The position numbers and the translations under genes are program-made. This document shows, piece after piece, positions 1 through 13,974 of a stretch of DNA of 64,000 nt. Numbering within the stretch: position 1 is the stretch's first letter; each line of letters begins with the position of its first letter. The notes under the pieces were generated by a model, which was given only the letters and a program-made list of their open reading frames with translations, ran no database searches and was not told where the DNA came from. Source of the stretch: Lama glama (Eukaryota); assembly GCA_028534125.1 (NCBI GenBank), contig JAPYYK010000105.1:868001-932000 (forward strand), given 5' to 3'.

Positions 1-1574
1 GGTAATTTCAGAACTGTTTAAATCGTACACACCCATTTACACATTTTGTGCGGTTGCTAACTTCATGTATGTAAATATCTTTTATTGTTATCTCTTGGTA
101 CTTTAAGAACTATCTGTTTTTTACTGTGATCACTATCACCATTATCCTTTTGTCATTCTTAAATTTGGGTATTTTTTCTGGTGCGTTCAATTTATTTTTC
201 TAATCTCCTTTGATATTTTGGAGTTATGTTATTTGTGTTAGTAGACGCGGGAAAGCTCTTTGCTGAAGCAGTGAGCAAGCTCTTTGTTAGGTATTGACAT
301 TAACAGATCGGTCCTTTTAAATGCTACCTATGTGGTTTCCTTCCCATTATCAGGTGCTGTTTCAACAAAACTTGTTTCTCTGCTGGATTATTCTGTCCTT
401 CCTGTTTCTGACTTTGATTTTAGTTGTTTTGACTTTTAATTCAACATGCCAAGGCCTCATCATACCAGGTCAAAGACAGCTTTCTGCCTTGGCAGTGAGG
501 TCTTTGCTCCATTCTGAAAACTTTCAGGCTACAAGTGAATCCCAGGGAAAACATCCCAGGTGGTCGGTTTTGCCCAAGGACCTATGACTAGATGGCTTCA
601 CTAGTGGCTTCTTAAGTGTTTTTTGAAGTAGAGGACAGAGCCCCCAGCTAACCCACACCCACATCTGTTTGAAACTTCTTGCCTCCCACTTTGTCACACC
701 CAGGCAGGCCAAAACCCGGCCTTCTGAGCAACTAACTCCATCCCAGCCAGGTGACACCAGGGCAGAGCCCCGTGGGGGTCAGCAGGCCCAGCTCCTGCTC
801 CCAGTTCTGCCAGTGGTGCACTAACTGACAGCCCTGTCTGGTCTTTGGCCCCATAAAGTACAAGCTGGTCATTCTTTGCAAATGGAATACTCTGTACCAA
901 AAAAACACAGCTCAGCAAGTGAGCCTATTCCTTGAACTGTAGCTTTGCTACTCCCAGATGGGGAGGATTTCAGCAAATAAATACTCTTTTAAGTAGAAAG
1001 CTCTACCCCTGAAAACCCACAAGAGCCAACGGCCTGGACCACAGTGATGGGACAGGTGTCCTAAGGCTCAAAGGTGAACTCAAGAGAGTGGTGTTGGAAG
1101 ATTAGTTACTAATTACACTAAACAAAGGCTCTTTTGGAGAGGCCATCAAACTAAAAGGATGAAACAGTAACTGCCAGTAAATTAACAAAATGATTAGGCT
1201 ACTGTTAGCCTTATGCACTTAAACTTGTAAGGGAAAAAAAAAAAAAAGAGCCAGAAAACATCCTGCCAAAATTGTGGTCCTTACTATCTGTGTTGTCCTA
1301 GAGTTTTATGTGTTATTTTGTACTTAATACCTGTGGTGTAAATATTTTTCATTGTAAAAGATATAAATATGGATTATATACTTTGTTTTTGTCTTTTCTA
1401 AAATGGAAGTTGATCTAAGTAATAAATTACGAATCATCTACCTCTTCTTTTTTTTTTTCAGAAATTACATACCTTTAACATCTTTCAGAAGGGAAAGAGA
1501 GTTTCATGATTAAAGGGAACCTTCATTCCTGACTAATGGAAGTAAGATGGTGACATATAAAGAGGAAAGGATTA

Positions 1575-1680
1575 GGGCTCAGGAGAGTGGGTTTTAGTTC
1601 TGGCTCTTTCATTAACAGATGTGAGACTGGCTAAGTCACTTAACCTCTTGGAGCTTCATCTAAAAATGAAAACAGCTGTC
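1575..1680 (+). mobile_element. MIR SINE fragment
   Basis: 'ggttttagttctggctct...aagtcacttaacctcttggagcttcatctaaaaatg' resembles the MIR core; boundaries approximate. Confidence 0.6.
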
Positions 1681-3551
1681 ACAGTTGTCTTTTAAAATTT
1701 GAAAGGTAGCAGATGCACGTGGAATTACTAAGTCTTAATTTTCATTATATCGATTGGTTGGAGCGTGAACATTTTATATAAGGGAGATTTCTGTTTAATA
1801 TTTTACTTTGCTTGAATTCTATTTGGAGACAAAATTGAAAAAGAAATTGAGTTGATATTAACTTTTCCCACTGGTATATATAAGATCCATGGTTAATAAC
1901 CAGAATTATTTTGTTAGCTTTCAGAATATTTAGGGAAGATGTTACGTTTCAACAATTTTTGATGAAATACACAAACTTTGAATATGTTCTTGGTTTGACC
2001 AAAATTTCTTCATCAGTGTCTAACATCACATGAAGAAGACTGTTACCAAGACAGAAATATAATCAAATGACCTGGAATTGACAATCCACCCAAAGTGGGA
2101 AGGAATTCCCAAGGAGTGTCCCAGGCAGACTACTGTGGAAGGAGTACGTCCCTCAAAGCTGAGAAGTGCCCTCTTCCCCTTTGCTGATGACCAAACTGAA
2201 GCTGTACAGTTCAAAAGAAAACCATGATGAACAGCAGGTTGCTTCCCACTTCAACAGACCAAAAGGCTTGACCTCGGCTTCCTACCACGTCAGAGTAGAA
2301 ACAAGCCTTTGAGATCAGCTCCCCTCCCCTCATTGTGTATATGAGAGACCGGGACTTCTGTGATTCAACCGAAGTTACTCAACGACATAGTCACTGAAAC
2401 TCAGGAGAAAAACTGCGAGGGATAAAGGGACTATCCAGGCCCTTCTCTGGAGTTGCAGCCCCTCCTTCTCTGCCTGCTCAAGATGACACACACGGAAGGC
2501 GGGTGGAAGGGAACCAGCTATATCCACCTTTGTCATCGACGGGCCCTCCATCTTCAAATTAGGGCATTGCAAATATAGCCATCGCATTGAACAGGCTGGG
2601 AGTCTGAGTGAGGGGCTTCTAAAAGTAAAAGCTTCTACCTCTCCTCTCCTTTTCTGAAGAGCAGAGCAGACCTACAACCCAGGAGATAAGAGTTCCAGGT
2701 CTGACTCTGCCATTAAATGTGACCGGGAGCCCTTCCTGCTCTGAAATGCTCACACTAGGGGTAAAAGCACCTCTTGTTTTCTCTTTCCTGACATTTTATT
2801 TCCCACTGGCCTCCCCCACTCCCCACCAACTTCTAGCAGCATCTTGATGCAAAATTGGTAAAACAGATAAGTAAGTACTTTAGATACACAGTCCTGTGAT
2901 TTCAAATGATTAAATCCAACAGTGTATAAAACAGCATCAAAAAAGAAAAAAAAATATTTCCGCTGTGTCTTGTTTTAAAAGTGCCAGTGGAGAAGTCTCC
3001 AGAGATCTGATCTGCGTAACCAAATCTCAGAGAAGAGGAGAGTGTCTGAACTTTTTCACAAGCCATCAGGCTACGCAAAGATTTTCTGTTAAAAGATTAA
3101 TATTCATAAAAAGGTAAAATCATGACCCTCATACAGACATAAAAGTGAATGTGTGTTAAGATTTCATTTGACTCATATGATGAGGGAACCAGATCGATGT
3201 TTTTAACCAGTCCAAAGGAAAGGTTTAAAAAGTACATATTTCTGTGGACCAGAGGAATGTCGAGATGAACTGCAAAGAGGACAAAGACAACTATCACTCC
3301 CAGGACAGAATTCACATCTGTCCATCACCTACAACTTACGAAGGGCTGCAAAACAGCTCAAAGACAGTGAACGGGTCTAGTATCTAATAACCTAGAAGGA
3401 CAGGTTGCAGATGAAACACAGTTTTCTGTTGAAACTCAGAAATATTTTTTACAATTGTAGAGCAATGCTCTGCTTTATTTAATACCCAGACCTATTTCAC
3501 TGACATTAAAACCCATCATCATTTTCAACTCATACGTTATGCTGGGGAAAG

Positions 3552-3715
3552 TGTAATCAGGAAAACCTTTGCACAGATATTGATGGAGCCCTGTATTTGA
3601 GCATTAACCTCCTGACCCCGTGAGCTCTGGGCCGCTCCCCTCTCTCTGTTCACTGTCTCTCCTGCTGTCACCCCACTGCCAACCCCACTTTGCTTGGGGC
3701 TAGGAACTCTTGACA
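3552..3715 (+). mobile_element. Possible short, degenerate ERV LTR
   Basis: Purine run 'ggggaaag' followed by TG start (tgtaatcagg) and an LTR-like end 'ggggctaggaactcttgaca'. Family not identified. Confidence 0.3.
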
Positions 3716-4749
3716 TAAATAACTAACTCAGCAGAGCTTATCAAAAGCAGATGTAGTGAAGGATGTTGACCCTCGATTCACAGCACCCATCGCTGGGTAC
3801 GCACTAAATCTCTCAGTTTATATGGCTAGAGTCTTTCCTCTGAATTAAAGACCCCTGACCCTTCACATTTGTGACTGTTAACTAGGAAGGCCCTCTTTGC
3901 TACTGGCCCCTTAATTCGATGTGCTGACAGTTAAGATGCTCTTCACATAATGAACTGCAGTCTCTCTTTTTTGAACTCATAAAGCCCCCTCCAAGGATAC
4001 TTCATGCATATCACCCACCTGGCCTTTGTAATCAGGCTGGCAAATCCCAGCCATCTTAGTCCCGGAGACATGAACTATGTCCCCCGCCCTCCTCCGCTTT
4101 TTTCCAATCTTAATTTAATTAAGGTGGCCACTGTATTATTCTTGCCACTGCTGAACAGTGGTTTCCTTAGGATTGCTGGATTTCAACTTTAAATAATAAA
4201 TCAGAATATTAATTCAAGACGGGGCTGTAGCACTAACGAGTGATGTGGCCTTCTCCCTCAAGGCCTCTACTTCTTCAAAACGTGAAATCACTGAACTCAA
4301 AATCTCTCCTGGTACTAAGGCGATAGGTGGAGATACCTTGTGGCCATTAGTATTTTTATATGATATGACAATTGTTGAAAGCTCTAAGTGTGGTTGAAAA
4401 AAAGTCCGTGTACCACCCCTCAGAGACAAGATTTGTAAGGTGGGAACTGAGGAGAGGCTGTCTTGGATAGCACCGACACATAGAGATGTCTTGCCCAGCT
4501 CATGCTCCCCGTGAGAGAGCAGCAAATCCCCCGAAAGGAGCTGTTAACTGGCATCTCCAGGGATTCTGAGCTTGAACAGGCCTTGAAGAGTTTGGGTACT
4601 GAATATCACACAAGTAGATTGTTTACCTCCCTGGCTTTTCAGGAGTGAGGATGGATTATGCTGAGTTAAATACACTCTCATTCAGTTCTTCTACCTCCAG
4701 ATTCTCACTAGTAGCACTGGGTATAAGAATACAATGCAATGGAGAGAGA

Positions 4750-6620
4750 TTCAACAAAAACACTGCCTGTACTCTTCAAAAATAAGAATGTCATGAGAGG
4801 CAAAGAAAGACCAAGGAACTGATCCAGAATAATGAAGAATAAAGATTACAGAGACATGGGAACTAAATGGATCCTGGGTCAGAAAAAAAAGCTATAAAAC
4901 TCATTATAGGGCAATTGGAAACACCTGAATATGGTCTGAGGCTTAAATAGTATTGTATCAATGTGAAATCTGTTTTTACAATGGTATTGTGGTTGTATAA
5001 GTGAATATTCTTGCCCCTAGAAAATACACACTGAAGTATTTAAAAATAAAGGGGGAGGATATCTACAACTTGTCCTCAAATAGTTCCACAACAAAAATAA
5101 AAAGAGATAAAGACAAAATAAAATAATAAAACAAAAGGGGGAAAATGCAAACAATTGGTAAATCTGAGTGAAGGGCAGGCAGGAGTTCTTTATACTATTC
5201 TACTTTTTCTTTGAAATTATTTCAAAAAATATATTTAAAAAGAAGACAAGGTAAGAATAATTTCAAAATGCTGAGACAAAATAATTTTGAACCTAAATTT
5301 TATATCCAACCAAATTATTATTCCAGTGTTAGGAAAAAATAGACATGTTCAGATGTGCAGGAATCCAAATATTTCTTAGACCATGAACTCTCATTGCAAT
5401 TATTACTAGAAAGTGAACTCCAGGGCGGGGGGGGAATAGGATATGTCCGGTATATGAACGGAAATGCAAATCACATGAGATACCACTTCAAAGCCACTAA
5501 GGCTATAATGAAAATGATGGATCATTATAAGTGTTGGGATAGACGTGGGAAAAACAGAACCCTAATGAACTGCTAATGGGAATGCAAAATGGTGCAGCCA
5601 CTTCAGAAAACAGTTTGGCAGTTGCTCAAAAAGTTAAACACAAAGTTATCATATGAACCAGTGTTTTCACTCCCAGGAATGTACCCAGAAGAATAGAAAA
5701 CATATGTTCACACAAAAACAAGTACACTAATGTTCAAGTGAATAATAGCAGTATTATTCATAATAGTAAAAAAAAGTATAAACAACCCAAAGGTCCATCA
5801 ACCGATAAATGGATAAACTAAATGTGATCTAGCTATATAATGGAATATTATTCAGTCAAACAAAAGGAATGACGCATTGATCCACGCTTCAGAGTAGGTG
5901 AATATTGAAAACATTGTGCTACATGAAAGAAGCCAGATCTACCATAATGCAAAGAAATACAAATTAAAATAGTAATAAAGTATTCCCAATCAGATTACCA
6001 ACAACTTTTGAGTCATATAATTTTAAATGTGACAAGGATAAAAGGAGACACCCCTATATAACTATTAGAAAGGATATAAATTCAAGACGGTTTGGCAACA
6101 TCTCTCAAACTTTTTAACATGTCTACCCTGTGAACCTGAAATTCAACTTAAAGGAAACTACCATACAGAAATTCTTACATATGTTTCAAAAAAGAATGCA
6201 CAAGAGTATTCACTGTAACATCGTTTGTTATAGAAAAAAAATAGGAACAAATCTAAAATGTCCGCCGAGAGAGGAAACATTTAAAAATTCTGGCTCAATC
6301 CCTTCTATAGAATATTAAATGGTTATTAAAGAGAATAATGTAGTACTAACGTGAAACTAGCTCTAAGACACACTGTAAATTGAAAAAGCAAGTCACAGAA
6401 CAATACAGAAAGGATGTTATTTGTAAAAAGAAAATAAGTAACTGTATGTGTACTTATATGTATGTAGCTACAAAGAAGTAAAATTGGAATTATGCTCACC
6501 GAATATGTAACGGTAATTAACCTCTAGAGGGAGGGGAGATTCCTGTGCTCAAATGAAGGGGAGCTTTATTGTTTCCTCTCCACCTAATAATTATTTTAAT
6601 CTTTTACAGTGAGAATGAAC
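4750..6620 (+). mobile_element. Cluster of old L1 fragments (L1MB/MC/ME-like ORF2 end and 3' UTR pieces)
   Basis: L1 motifs such as 'gggaatgcaaaatggtgcagccacttcagaaaacagtttggcagtt', 'aaacaacccaaaggtccatcaacc', 'tattgtatcaatgtgaaat'. Boundaries approximate. Confidence 0.8.
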
Positions 6621-7499
6621 TCATGTACTCTATACCTTTTAAAAGACAAGGAAAGAGAAAACAAATTGAGAGGGAAATGTACTAATACAAAAAACAAAAG
6701 TGGTACTATCAATGATGAAATTAAGGCAAATGTGTTCTCTCTCTCTCTCTCTCTCCAAAATTTCTGTAACAAAATTCCAAACTTGATTTTGGAACAAAAA
6801 ACTTTTAAAAAATTTTGTCTCTGGGCTGGACGGTAAACTCCCTGAGCACCTGCTATTTCTCTGACTGGCCTCCTGAAAGCAGCCCAGCGCTGCTGAATAG
6901 AGACCTAAAGACCCACGCCATCTCTGGGGAAGGAGGTGGGGACATCCCTCTCTATTGCAGTTTAGCATGGTTCCCACCAAAACAGTTAAGTAAATTTACT
7001 ACTTTATCTTTACAGATTATCATGTAATTGTAAAGCCATATAATAATGATGAAGATGATGAGGAAAGACTATGTAATTACATGGGCAAATGTTTTTGACA
7101 GTTTTAAATAGAATGAAAATAAGTAGGAAATAAGATGGTGGATTCTAATTACATATAGACAAAATTAACAAATGTGTAACTTACAAAAAAAAGTTCCTGA
7201 TGTAAACTAACAAGATTAAGAATGATTTTTTTCAGTGTTTCTTTTAAAATTGCCTAACAGTAGATAAAAACCATTGGGAAGAAAAGGAAATGAGCAGAAA
7301 ATACATAGGAAATAATTTATCTGGAAGACAGGTAATGTGTATTACAAGTAAAAACAGAAAAATTCTCATCAGTGGTTCCAGAAATTGCCCTGTGTACAAC
7401 TTCAAAATATTTTTCAATATACTCTATACATCATACATATATCTGTATTATATAAATAAAAATATATATGTATATGTTATATATATTATAATTATATAC

Positions 7500-8470
7500 A
7501 GAGAATGCACAAGAATACTCAGTGTAACATTGTTATAGAAGAAAAATAGGAACAAACCTAAATGTCCACCAATAGAGGAAACAATATTTTTTCTATTTGC
7601 AGATGATATATCTGATAAGGGGTTAATAGCCAAACTACACAAAAAACGCATCAACTCAACATCAATAAANNNNNNNNNNNNNNNNNNNNNNNNNNNNNNN
7701 NNNNNNNNNNNNNNNNNNNNNNNNNNNNNNNNNNNNNNNNNNNNNNNNNNNNNNNNNNNNNNNNNNNNNNNNNNNNNNNNNNNNNNNNNNNNNNNNNNNN
7801 NNNNNNNNNNNNNNNNNNNNNNNNNNNNNNNNNNNNNNNCATCAAAAAGAAAACAAATAACAAGTGTAGTTGAGGATGTGAAGAAAAGGGAGCCCCTGTG
7901 CACCCTCCCAGTTGATGGGAATGTCAGTTGGTGCAGCCACTATGGAACACAGTATACAGCTTCCTCAAATAACTAAAAATAGAACAACATATGATCCAGC
8001 AATTTGACTTCCCAGTATTTATCTGAAGAAAACAAAAACCCTGTTTCAAAAGACATTATGTATTTCAGTGTTCACTGCAGCATTATCTACAATAACTAAG
8101 ACACGGAAGCAACCTAAGTGTCCATTAACTAAAGAATAGNNNNNNNNNNNNNNNNNNNNNNNNNNNNNNNNNNNNNNNNNNNNNNNNNNNNNNNNNNNNN
8201 NNNNNNNNNNNNNNNNNNNNNNNNNNNNNNNNNNNNNNNNNNNNNNNNNNNNNNNNNNNNNNNNNNNNNNNNNNNNNNNNNNNNNNNNNNNNNNNNNNNN
8301 NNNNNNNNNNNNNNNNTAAAAAAAACAAATGAACAAACATAATAAAACAGAAACTGAGTCATACGTACAGAGGATAAATAGGTGGTTCCTAGAAGTGGGG
8401 GCATTGGGAGATAAATAGGTGAGGGGATTAAGAAGTGCCAAGCATAAATAAATAAATAAAAACAATGGCC
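7500..8470 (+). mobile_element. L1 (L1MA-like) ORF2 end and 3' UTR, broken by two gaps
   Basis: 'gatatatctgataaggggttaatagccaaa', 'gggaatgtcagttggtgcagccactatggaa', 'gttcactgcagcattatctacaata'. Confidence 0.8.
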
Positions 8471-8557
8471 GTAAATAAATAAACAAATAATCTTTTTCTG
8501 TTAGAAATGTGGAGTTGGGAGGCATTTTCTTGCAATCAAGTTTGGAGGCATGAGATC

Positions 8558-8933
8558 TATTATGGACTGAACGTTTGTAGCCTCTCAAAATCCACACGTT
8601 GAAGCCCTGTCCCCCAGTGTGATGGTGTTTGGAGATGAGGCCTTCGGGAGGTAATTAGGGTTAGCTGAGATACTGAGACCTGGGCCCCCGTGATGGGATT
8701 AGTGGCTCTATGAGGAGAGGAAGAAAGACCAGAGCTCACTTGTTCTCTCTCTGCCCTGTGGGGACACAGCAAGGAGGCAGCCGGCTGCAAGCCAGGAAGA
8801 AGGTCCTCCCCGGGAACGTAATCAGCCAGCACCTTGATCTTGGATTTCCCAGCCTTCAGAACTGTGAGAAATAATTGTCTGCTATTTAAGGCAGCCAGGC
8901 TACAGTATTTGTTATAGGACCCCAGCTAAGACA
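8558..8933 (+). mobile_element. MaLR solo LTR (MLT1A/MST-like)
   Basis: Starts 'tattatggactgaacgtttgt', contains 'ttggatttcccagccttcagaactgtgagaaataa', ends 'ctaagaca'. Flanked by near-identical 5-mers agatc/agacc (TSD). Confidence 0.85.
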
Positions 8934-10752
8934 AGACCTAAAAAAGCTTTGTAATCTCCTTCTACAGCACACTAAGATTAACTGGATAACTGCATTCCCA
9001 AAGGAAGCCTTGTCAAACATTTCCATTTCTGGGGGAAATTAAAAAGCAGGAGGCAGTGCACTCCGGAGAAACAAAGCTGTGTTTTTTGAACCTTGGAACC
9101 TTTGAAAATAACATCAGGACAAAAGGCAAACAACCCCAAAAGTTATTCGAGAAAGTGGATGTAGTCATTTATATAGAATAAATCATAACGATGTGGAATA
9201 CAGGCAATCCTAATTTACAGGAAATCTTTCCAAATTCCCTACAACACTTAGCGTGAGAAACCACCAATCACCACAGAGAGGACCAATTCCTGTGGGACAG
9301 CCCCCAATTCCTGTGGCGACACTGGTTGCTACGGCCGAAAATAAAATGCCCATCTCCACTGTAAACCTCCGCCACCTTGTTGAAAAGTCAGCTTTTCCAG
9401 CATTTCAAGAATTCCACAAACACAGAATTGAAATTATTTTTTTCCCACAAATATACTGCTCAGGAACTCCTGACCCTCCTAGACATTTTTCCTTAGGAAT
9501 TACAGATTCCAGCAATCATTTTCCGACTCTACAACTTCACTTAAACTTCTCAGCCTAACTCCTAAACAATACCATTTGTAATTTATAGTCTTTCAAGCAG
9601 ATTGCAAGCCATGTGACTGTTTTTCTAATTCCAAGGCATCTTAAATTTTACTGGTAAAATTTTCAAACACTGAAATGTGTTGCAAACATTTATGCATGTA
9701 ACGTCTACTGCATCGCCTCTGATTTGAAAACTATCAAAATAAACTGCAAAATGTTGCCTGATACAATTTTTTTTTCCCTAATGAGCCCTCTGTGCTTAAA
9801 ACTCACAGCTTCATTATCTTACTGGTCATAAGCCAGTTCTCTCTATTGGCTTACCATTCATTCAAAAAATTCAGTGTTACTTTTACGTATGAATATTCTC
9901 AAGATGACATTCATCTTTTTAACTCATCTCCTTAACTTCCAACATCACATTTCATGATAGCAAAAGACACCTTCAATGACTAGATGGCTATTCTTTTCCA
10001 ACTCTAACCCATCACAGGTGTCCCAGGAGTGGAACACGGGGAGGGCCAAAGGCGTGTATCCAAAGATCACCTCCCAGGACAGTCAAAAGGTGGGAGAGAA
10101 GAGCAAAGCCAGCATCCTTGGAGGGGGAAGGCTCGCGCCTAAACACGAAAGAAAAGTTGCCGAAGTAATCACTTCAGGGATAAACGCTGAGAGGTAGATC
10201 CAAAGCGTAAGACTGAACAAAACTGAATTAAAGCTTTAACAGCTCCAGAACAAGTGGACAGATGCTAGAATCACAATGGGGTCCTGGGAATTATCTTTAC
10301 GAGCCATTTGGTGCATGATGTATGACTTAAAAGCATATGATGTAAAAGATGGACAGGTCTAGTCTTTGGTATGAATTATACCTTCTACAACTTATAAGAC
10401 CTGCTTCACAAACTTCACAAATTTCCTCTCTCTTTTCAAAATTAATTATTCAAAACACCACCTACCCAGTTAGCAGCAGCCCAACATATTTCTCTTGAGG
10501 TGCCCTCCGCCTCCCCCACCTCCACCGCCGATAAACTCCCGGGAAGCTTACTGGAGTCAAGGCACTTCCACGTTCCTTCTCATGCCAAGCTGAGAGACGG
10601 CTGCTGCAGCTTCTGCAACGCTGGCCGGGGTGGCTTCCTGTATTGCCAGTTGGAGAAAATCTATGTGAAGGCATCAGAGAGCTATCAAAGTGTCAGATAG
10701 TTTAGATAGAACTGAGCACTGGGCAGGGGGAAAGGAAGGGGAAGGGAACAAT

Positions 10753-10830
10753 CCAGAACACAAAGAACCTGAGCTGTCAATTAACCAGAACACAGGGAAC
10801 CTGAGCTGTCAATCAATCAATCAATCAATC
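10753..10830. repeat. 32-bp tandem duplication followed by (TCAA)n
   Basis: ccagaacacaaagaacctgagctgtcaattaa then ccagaacacagggaacctgagctgtcaatcaa, running into tcaa repeats. Confidence 0.85.
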
Positions 10831-11294
10831 ACGAATCCAGGATAGAAAAACAGGAAAAACTAGGAATGGCGCCATTTGTCCTCTCTTAGATTGGCCGGCT
10901 CCCAATTCTCGGAAGTATATTTTTCACAATTTTTCACTATTTTTTTTTACTTCACTAATAAAAATTGTATTTACATCACCCTTTTTGTCTCTCATCAAAA
11001 ATCTTTTTTTTTGGGTGACTGAGAACCAAGGTAATTCTTGTTTTCCTTTTCCTGGTAACAAAAGTAGTTAAGACTTGCAGAGCCAAGAACTCAGAATAAA
11101 GGAAAGCCCAGAAAAGGGAACAGAACCCCTGGGCCCACCTTCCCCTCGCTCGTTGAAAACAACAGCTGAAAAGTGAAGCAGAGCTTTCAGGTGACTCCCT
11201 GACTTCCCGTTGACGGGAGGACAAAAATTGGAGTTTCTGTCCAGCAAAGAGGTGAGACCTTTCAAATGAGACTGTGAGGGGCTAAAAGGATGAC

Positions 11295-11535
11295 GTAGAA
11301 AACAAACTAGTGGTTACTAGAGGGGAGAGGGAAGGGGGGAAGGGCAAGTTAGGGGCAGGGGATTAAGAAATACAAACTACGATGTATAAAATAGATGAGC
11401 AACAAGGATATATTGTACAGCACAGGGAACCATAGCCATTATCTTGTAATAACTGTGAAAATACTAAATCACTATGCTGTATACCTGAAACTAATATAAT
11501 AATGTAAATCAACTATACTTCAATTTTAAAAGTTA
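11295..11535 (+). mobile_element. L1 3' UTR end (cetartiodactyl type)
   Basis: 'aacaaggatatattgtacagcacagggaac...gctgtatacctgaaactaatataataatgtaaatcaactatacttcaat'. Confidence 0.85.
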
Positions 11536-11904
11536 GGATATATAAATAAAGCCTTATTTGAATAAAAAAAAAATTTAAGTAAATAACCAAAATAAGCCAG
11601 CCCTTACAAAGAGGGGAGCCTACCTTTAAATCAGATCGATCTCCAATTCAGTTAAGGCTATCTGCCACCAACCTGCCTGCAGAAGCAAAAGTAAATTCTC
11701 TTGAAGGAAAATAAAATCACCTAAAGATGCACATTATCTCTGAAATCTTCATGGCAACATCTGATCCTCAGTCAAAAATAACCAGGCAGAGAAAAAGATA
11801 AATACTGGCTGAAAACCAAGACCAAAATAAAAACAGTAGAAAAAAATCAATAGGAAACTTAACTATTCCAGTTATTAGACACAAATTTTAAAATAATTAG
11901 AATT

Positions 11905-13410
11905 AGAGATCCCAACTCTAAATTGGTATGGCTGTGTGAGGAGGTCCATGAACCCACTCCCCAGTGAAACAATCACTAATTGGTGAAAATTATGAAGAAA
12001 TGGCCATTTATATTTTCTGGAAATTGTCTTAAGCACATACAGCAAGTGAAAAAACATTTATTCAAGAATGTCTACTAGGGGGAAGGTATAGCTCAGTGGT
12101 AGAGTGTGTGCTTAGTATGCCCAAGGTCTGGGTTCAATCCCCAGTGCCTCCGTTAAATAAACAAACAAACCAACCAACCTTATTACTTTCCCTATCAAAA
12201 AAAAAAAAGAATGTCTACTAAACTGAAGCACAAATGCAGGGAGAGTCTGTGGCACATTAGCCACAGCCCTCTTCCTCTTTCCCCCACCTTCTCCTTATTT
12301 GTATGTTTACCATATACTTTGATATTTGAAATGTTATGTATTGTAAAGTTTTTTTGAGATTGGAAACAGATTGGATTTCATGCAACCTTTTTTCCCTTGA
12401 ATTAACAGCAATTAAAAAACTGAAAAACGGCTAAAAGAAAAATTTTTTAAGCAAGATGGAAGCTCCACTTTGGTGGGTGTGGCCTGGAAGACAAGGTTCC
12501 CTCCCCACCCCCACCCCCCACCCCCCGGTTCCCAGTCAAGAGCTACAGTATATCCCTAGGAGGGGCATGCTGGCATTCCTCATTCCCCCAGCTCCACGTC
12601 AGAGGCGAAATCCCAGGCGAGAGCGCTGAGGTCAGAGACTCCCATCCTCCACGCAGACCCTGGTGTACAGTAGAGGTTCTGCCCCCAGGAACACCAGGAA
12701 TACCAAGGCCCCCGATCTCCCTGCTCACCCCAGACTGTTCACAGGGCAGAGGTTCCATGCCAAGAGAGACAAGTTGAAAAGATCAGATGCTCCCACGACC
12801 CCTGCCCAGTGACCCAGAGTGTCACCGCAAGAGAAAAGGGCTACTGCCCCTGTTCCCAGCCCCAGAGGTTTTGTCCAGAGAGAGAGACAGATCATAAGAA
12901 CAAAGGTTCATCACACTCCTCAAATGAACTGACTTTATTTGGAAAAGGATATGGGGAAGCTCACGCCTAACGGCACTCTCAAAAACCGTGGGAATCTTGG
13001 TGGTGAGCTGTTGAGGAAAGGCTGGCGGCGCCATGGCAGCAGCAGGCTAAGTGACAGGCAAGCTAGCTCACCAGAGAGCATCAGAGAGAGAGCTCAGAGC
13101 CTTCCCGGGACCAGCACAAATCCCAAAGCCTCAAAAGTCACCCCCACAAAAGAGCCTGAATTTAATTGGATAAAACTGTGGAGCAATTCACCACCCAGGG
13201 CATTGCCAAAAAATGAATAGAAGAGTCAGCTGACAATTAGTAGAACCTAACAGCTGGGTATGATACAGAAGCAGACAGTTCAATGGAGAGATCAAGGATG
13301 AAGACAGTCAAAGGGAGCCCAGATAAAACCATTTTCATCCCAGGGTGACTGTGTGCATGACCAAGCCTGCATCCTCTGAGGAGCAATATCAGGGGCTTTA
13401 CACTGTGGGG
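11905..13410 (+). mobile_element. Ancient L1 5' UTR region (L1MC/MD-like), interrupted by a SINE
   Basis: Old L1 5'-end motifs such as 'cccagggcattgccaaaaaatgaatag...gagagatcaaggatgaagacagtcaaagggagccc...ctctgaggagcaatatcagggg'. Subfamily uncertain. Confidence 0.6.
12078..12206 (+). mobile_element. Camelid tRNA-derived SINE (vic-1-like)
   Basis: A box 'tagctcagtggtag', B box 'gggttcaatccc', A-rich tail. 14-bp TSD aagaatgtctacta at 12064-12077 and 12207-12220. Confidence 0.92.
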
Positions 13411-13962
13411 GATAAATGCTGGGGAGGGTGGGGAGAAAAGGGAACTCTCCTGCATCGTTGGTGGGAATGCAGTTTGGTGCAGCCATTATGGAAAACAGTA
13501 CAGAGATTCCTCAAAAAACTAAAAATAGACTTACCGTATGATCTAGCAATCCCCTTCCTGGGCCCATATCCAGAGGGAACTCTAATTTGAAAAGATACAT
13601 GCACCCCAATGTTCATAGCAGCACTATATACAACAGCCAAGACATGGAAACAACATAAATGTCCATCGACAGAGGACTGGATAAAGCTGGGGTATATTTA
13701 TACAATGGAATACTACTCTGCCATAAAAAAGAATGAAATAATGCCACTTGCAGCAACATGGAGAGACCTGGAAATAATCATTCTAAGTGAAGTAAGCCAG
13801 AAAGAGAAAGAAAAATACCATATGATATCACTCATATGTGGAATCTAAGAAAAGGACACAAATAGACTTAACTACAAAACAGAAAGACCCACAGACATAG
13901 AGAACAAACTTATGGTTACCAGGGGGTAAAAGGGGTGGTAAGAGGTAAATTGGGAATTCAAA
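13411..13962 (+). mobile_element. Relatively young L1 fragment: ORF2 C-terminus and start of 3' UTR
   Basis: ORFs 13345-13590 and 13609-13848 give '[21 protein letters not shown]', '[18 protein letters not shown]', 'YTMEYYSAIKKNE', the L1 ORF2p C-terminus, with one in-frame stop. Confidence 0.95.
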
Positions 13963-13974
13963 AGTTGCACCTCT

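Noticed and set aside
7448-8597. ORFs containing X runs (also near 31.5, 36.7, 43.2 and 55.4 kb)
   Set aside because: Artefacts of N gaps in the assembly.
12078-12152. tRNA-like A/B box sequences here and at 22798, 24908, 53489, 61597
   Set aside because: A-rich tails, TSDs and mutual divergence show they are SINE copies, not tRNA genes.
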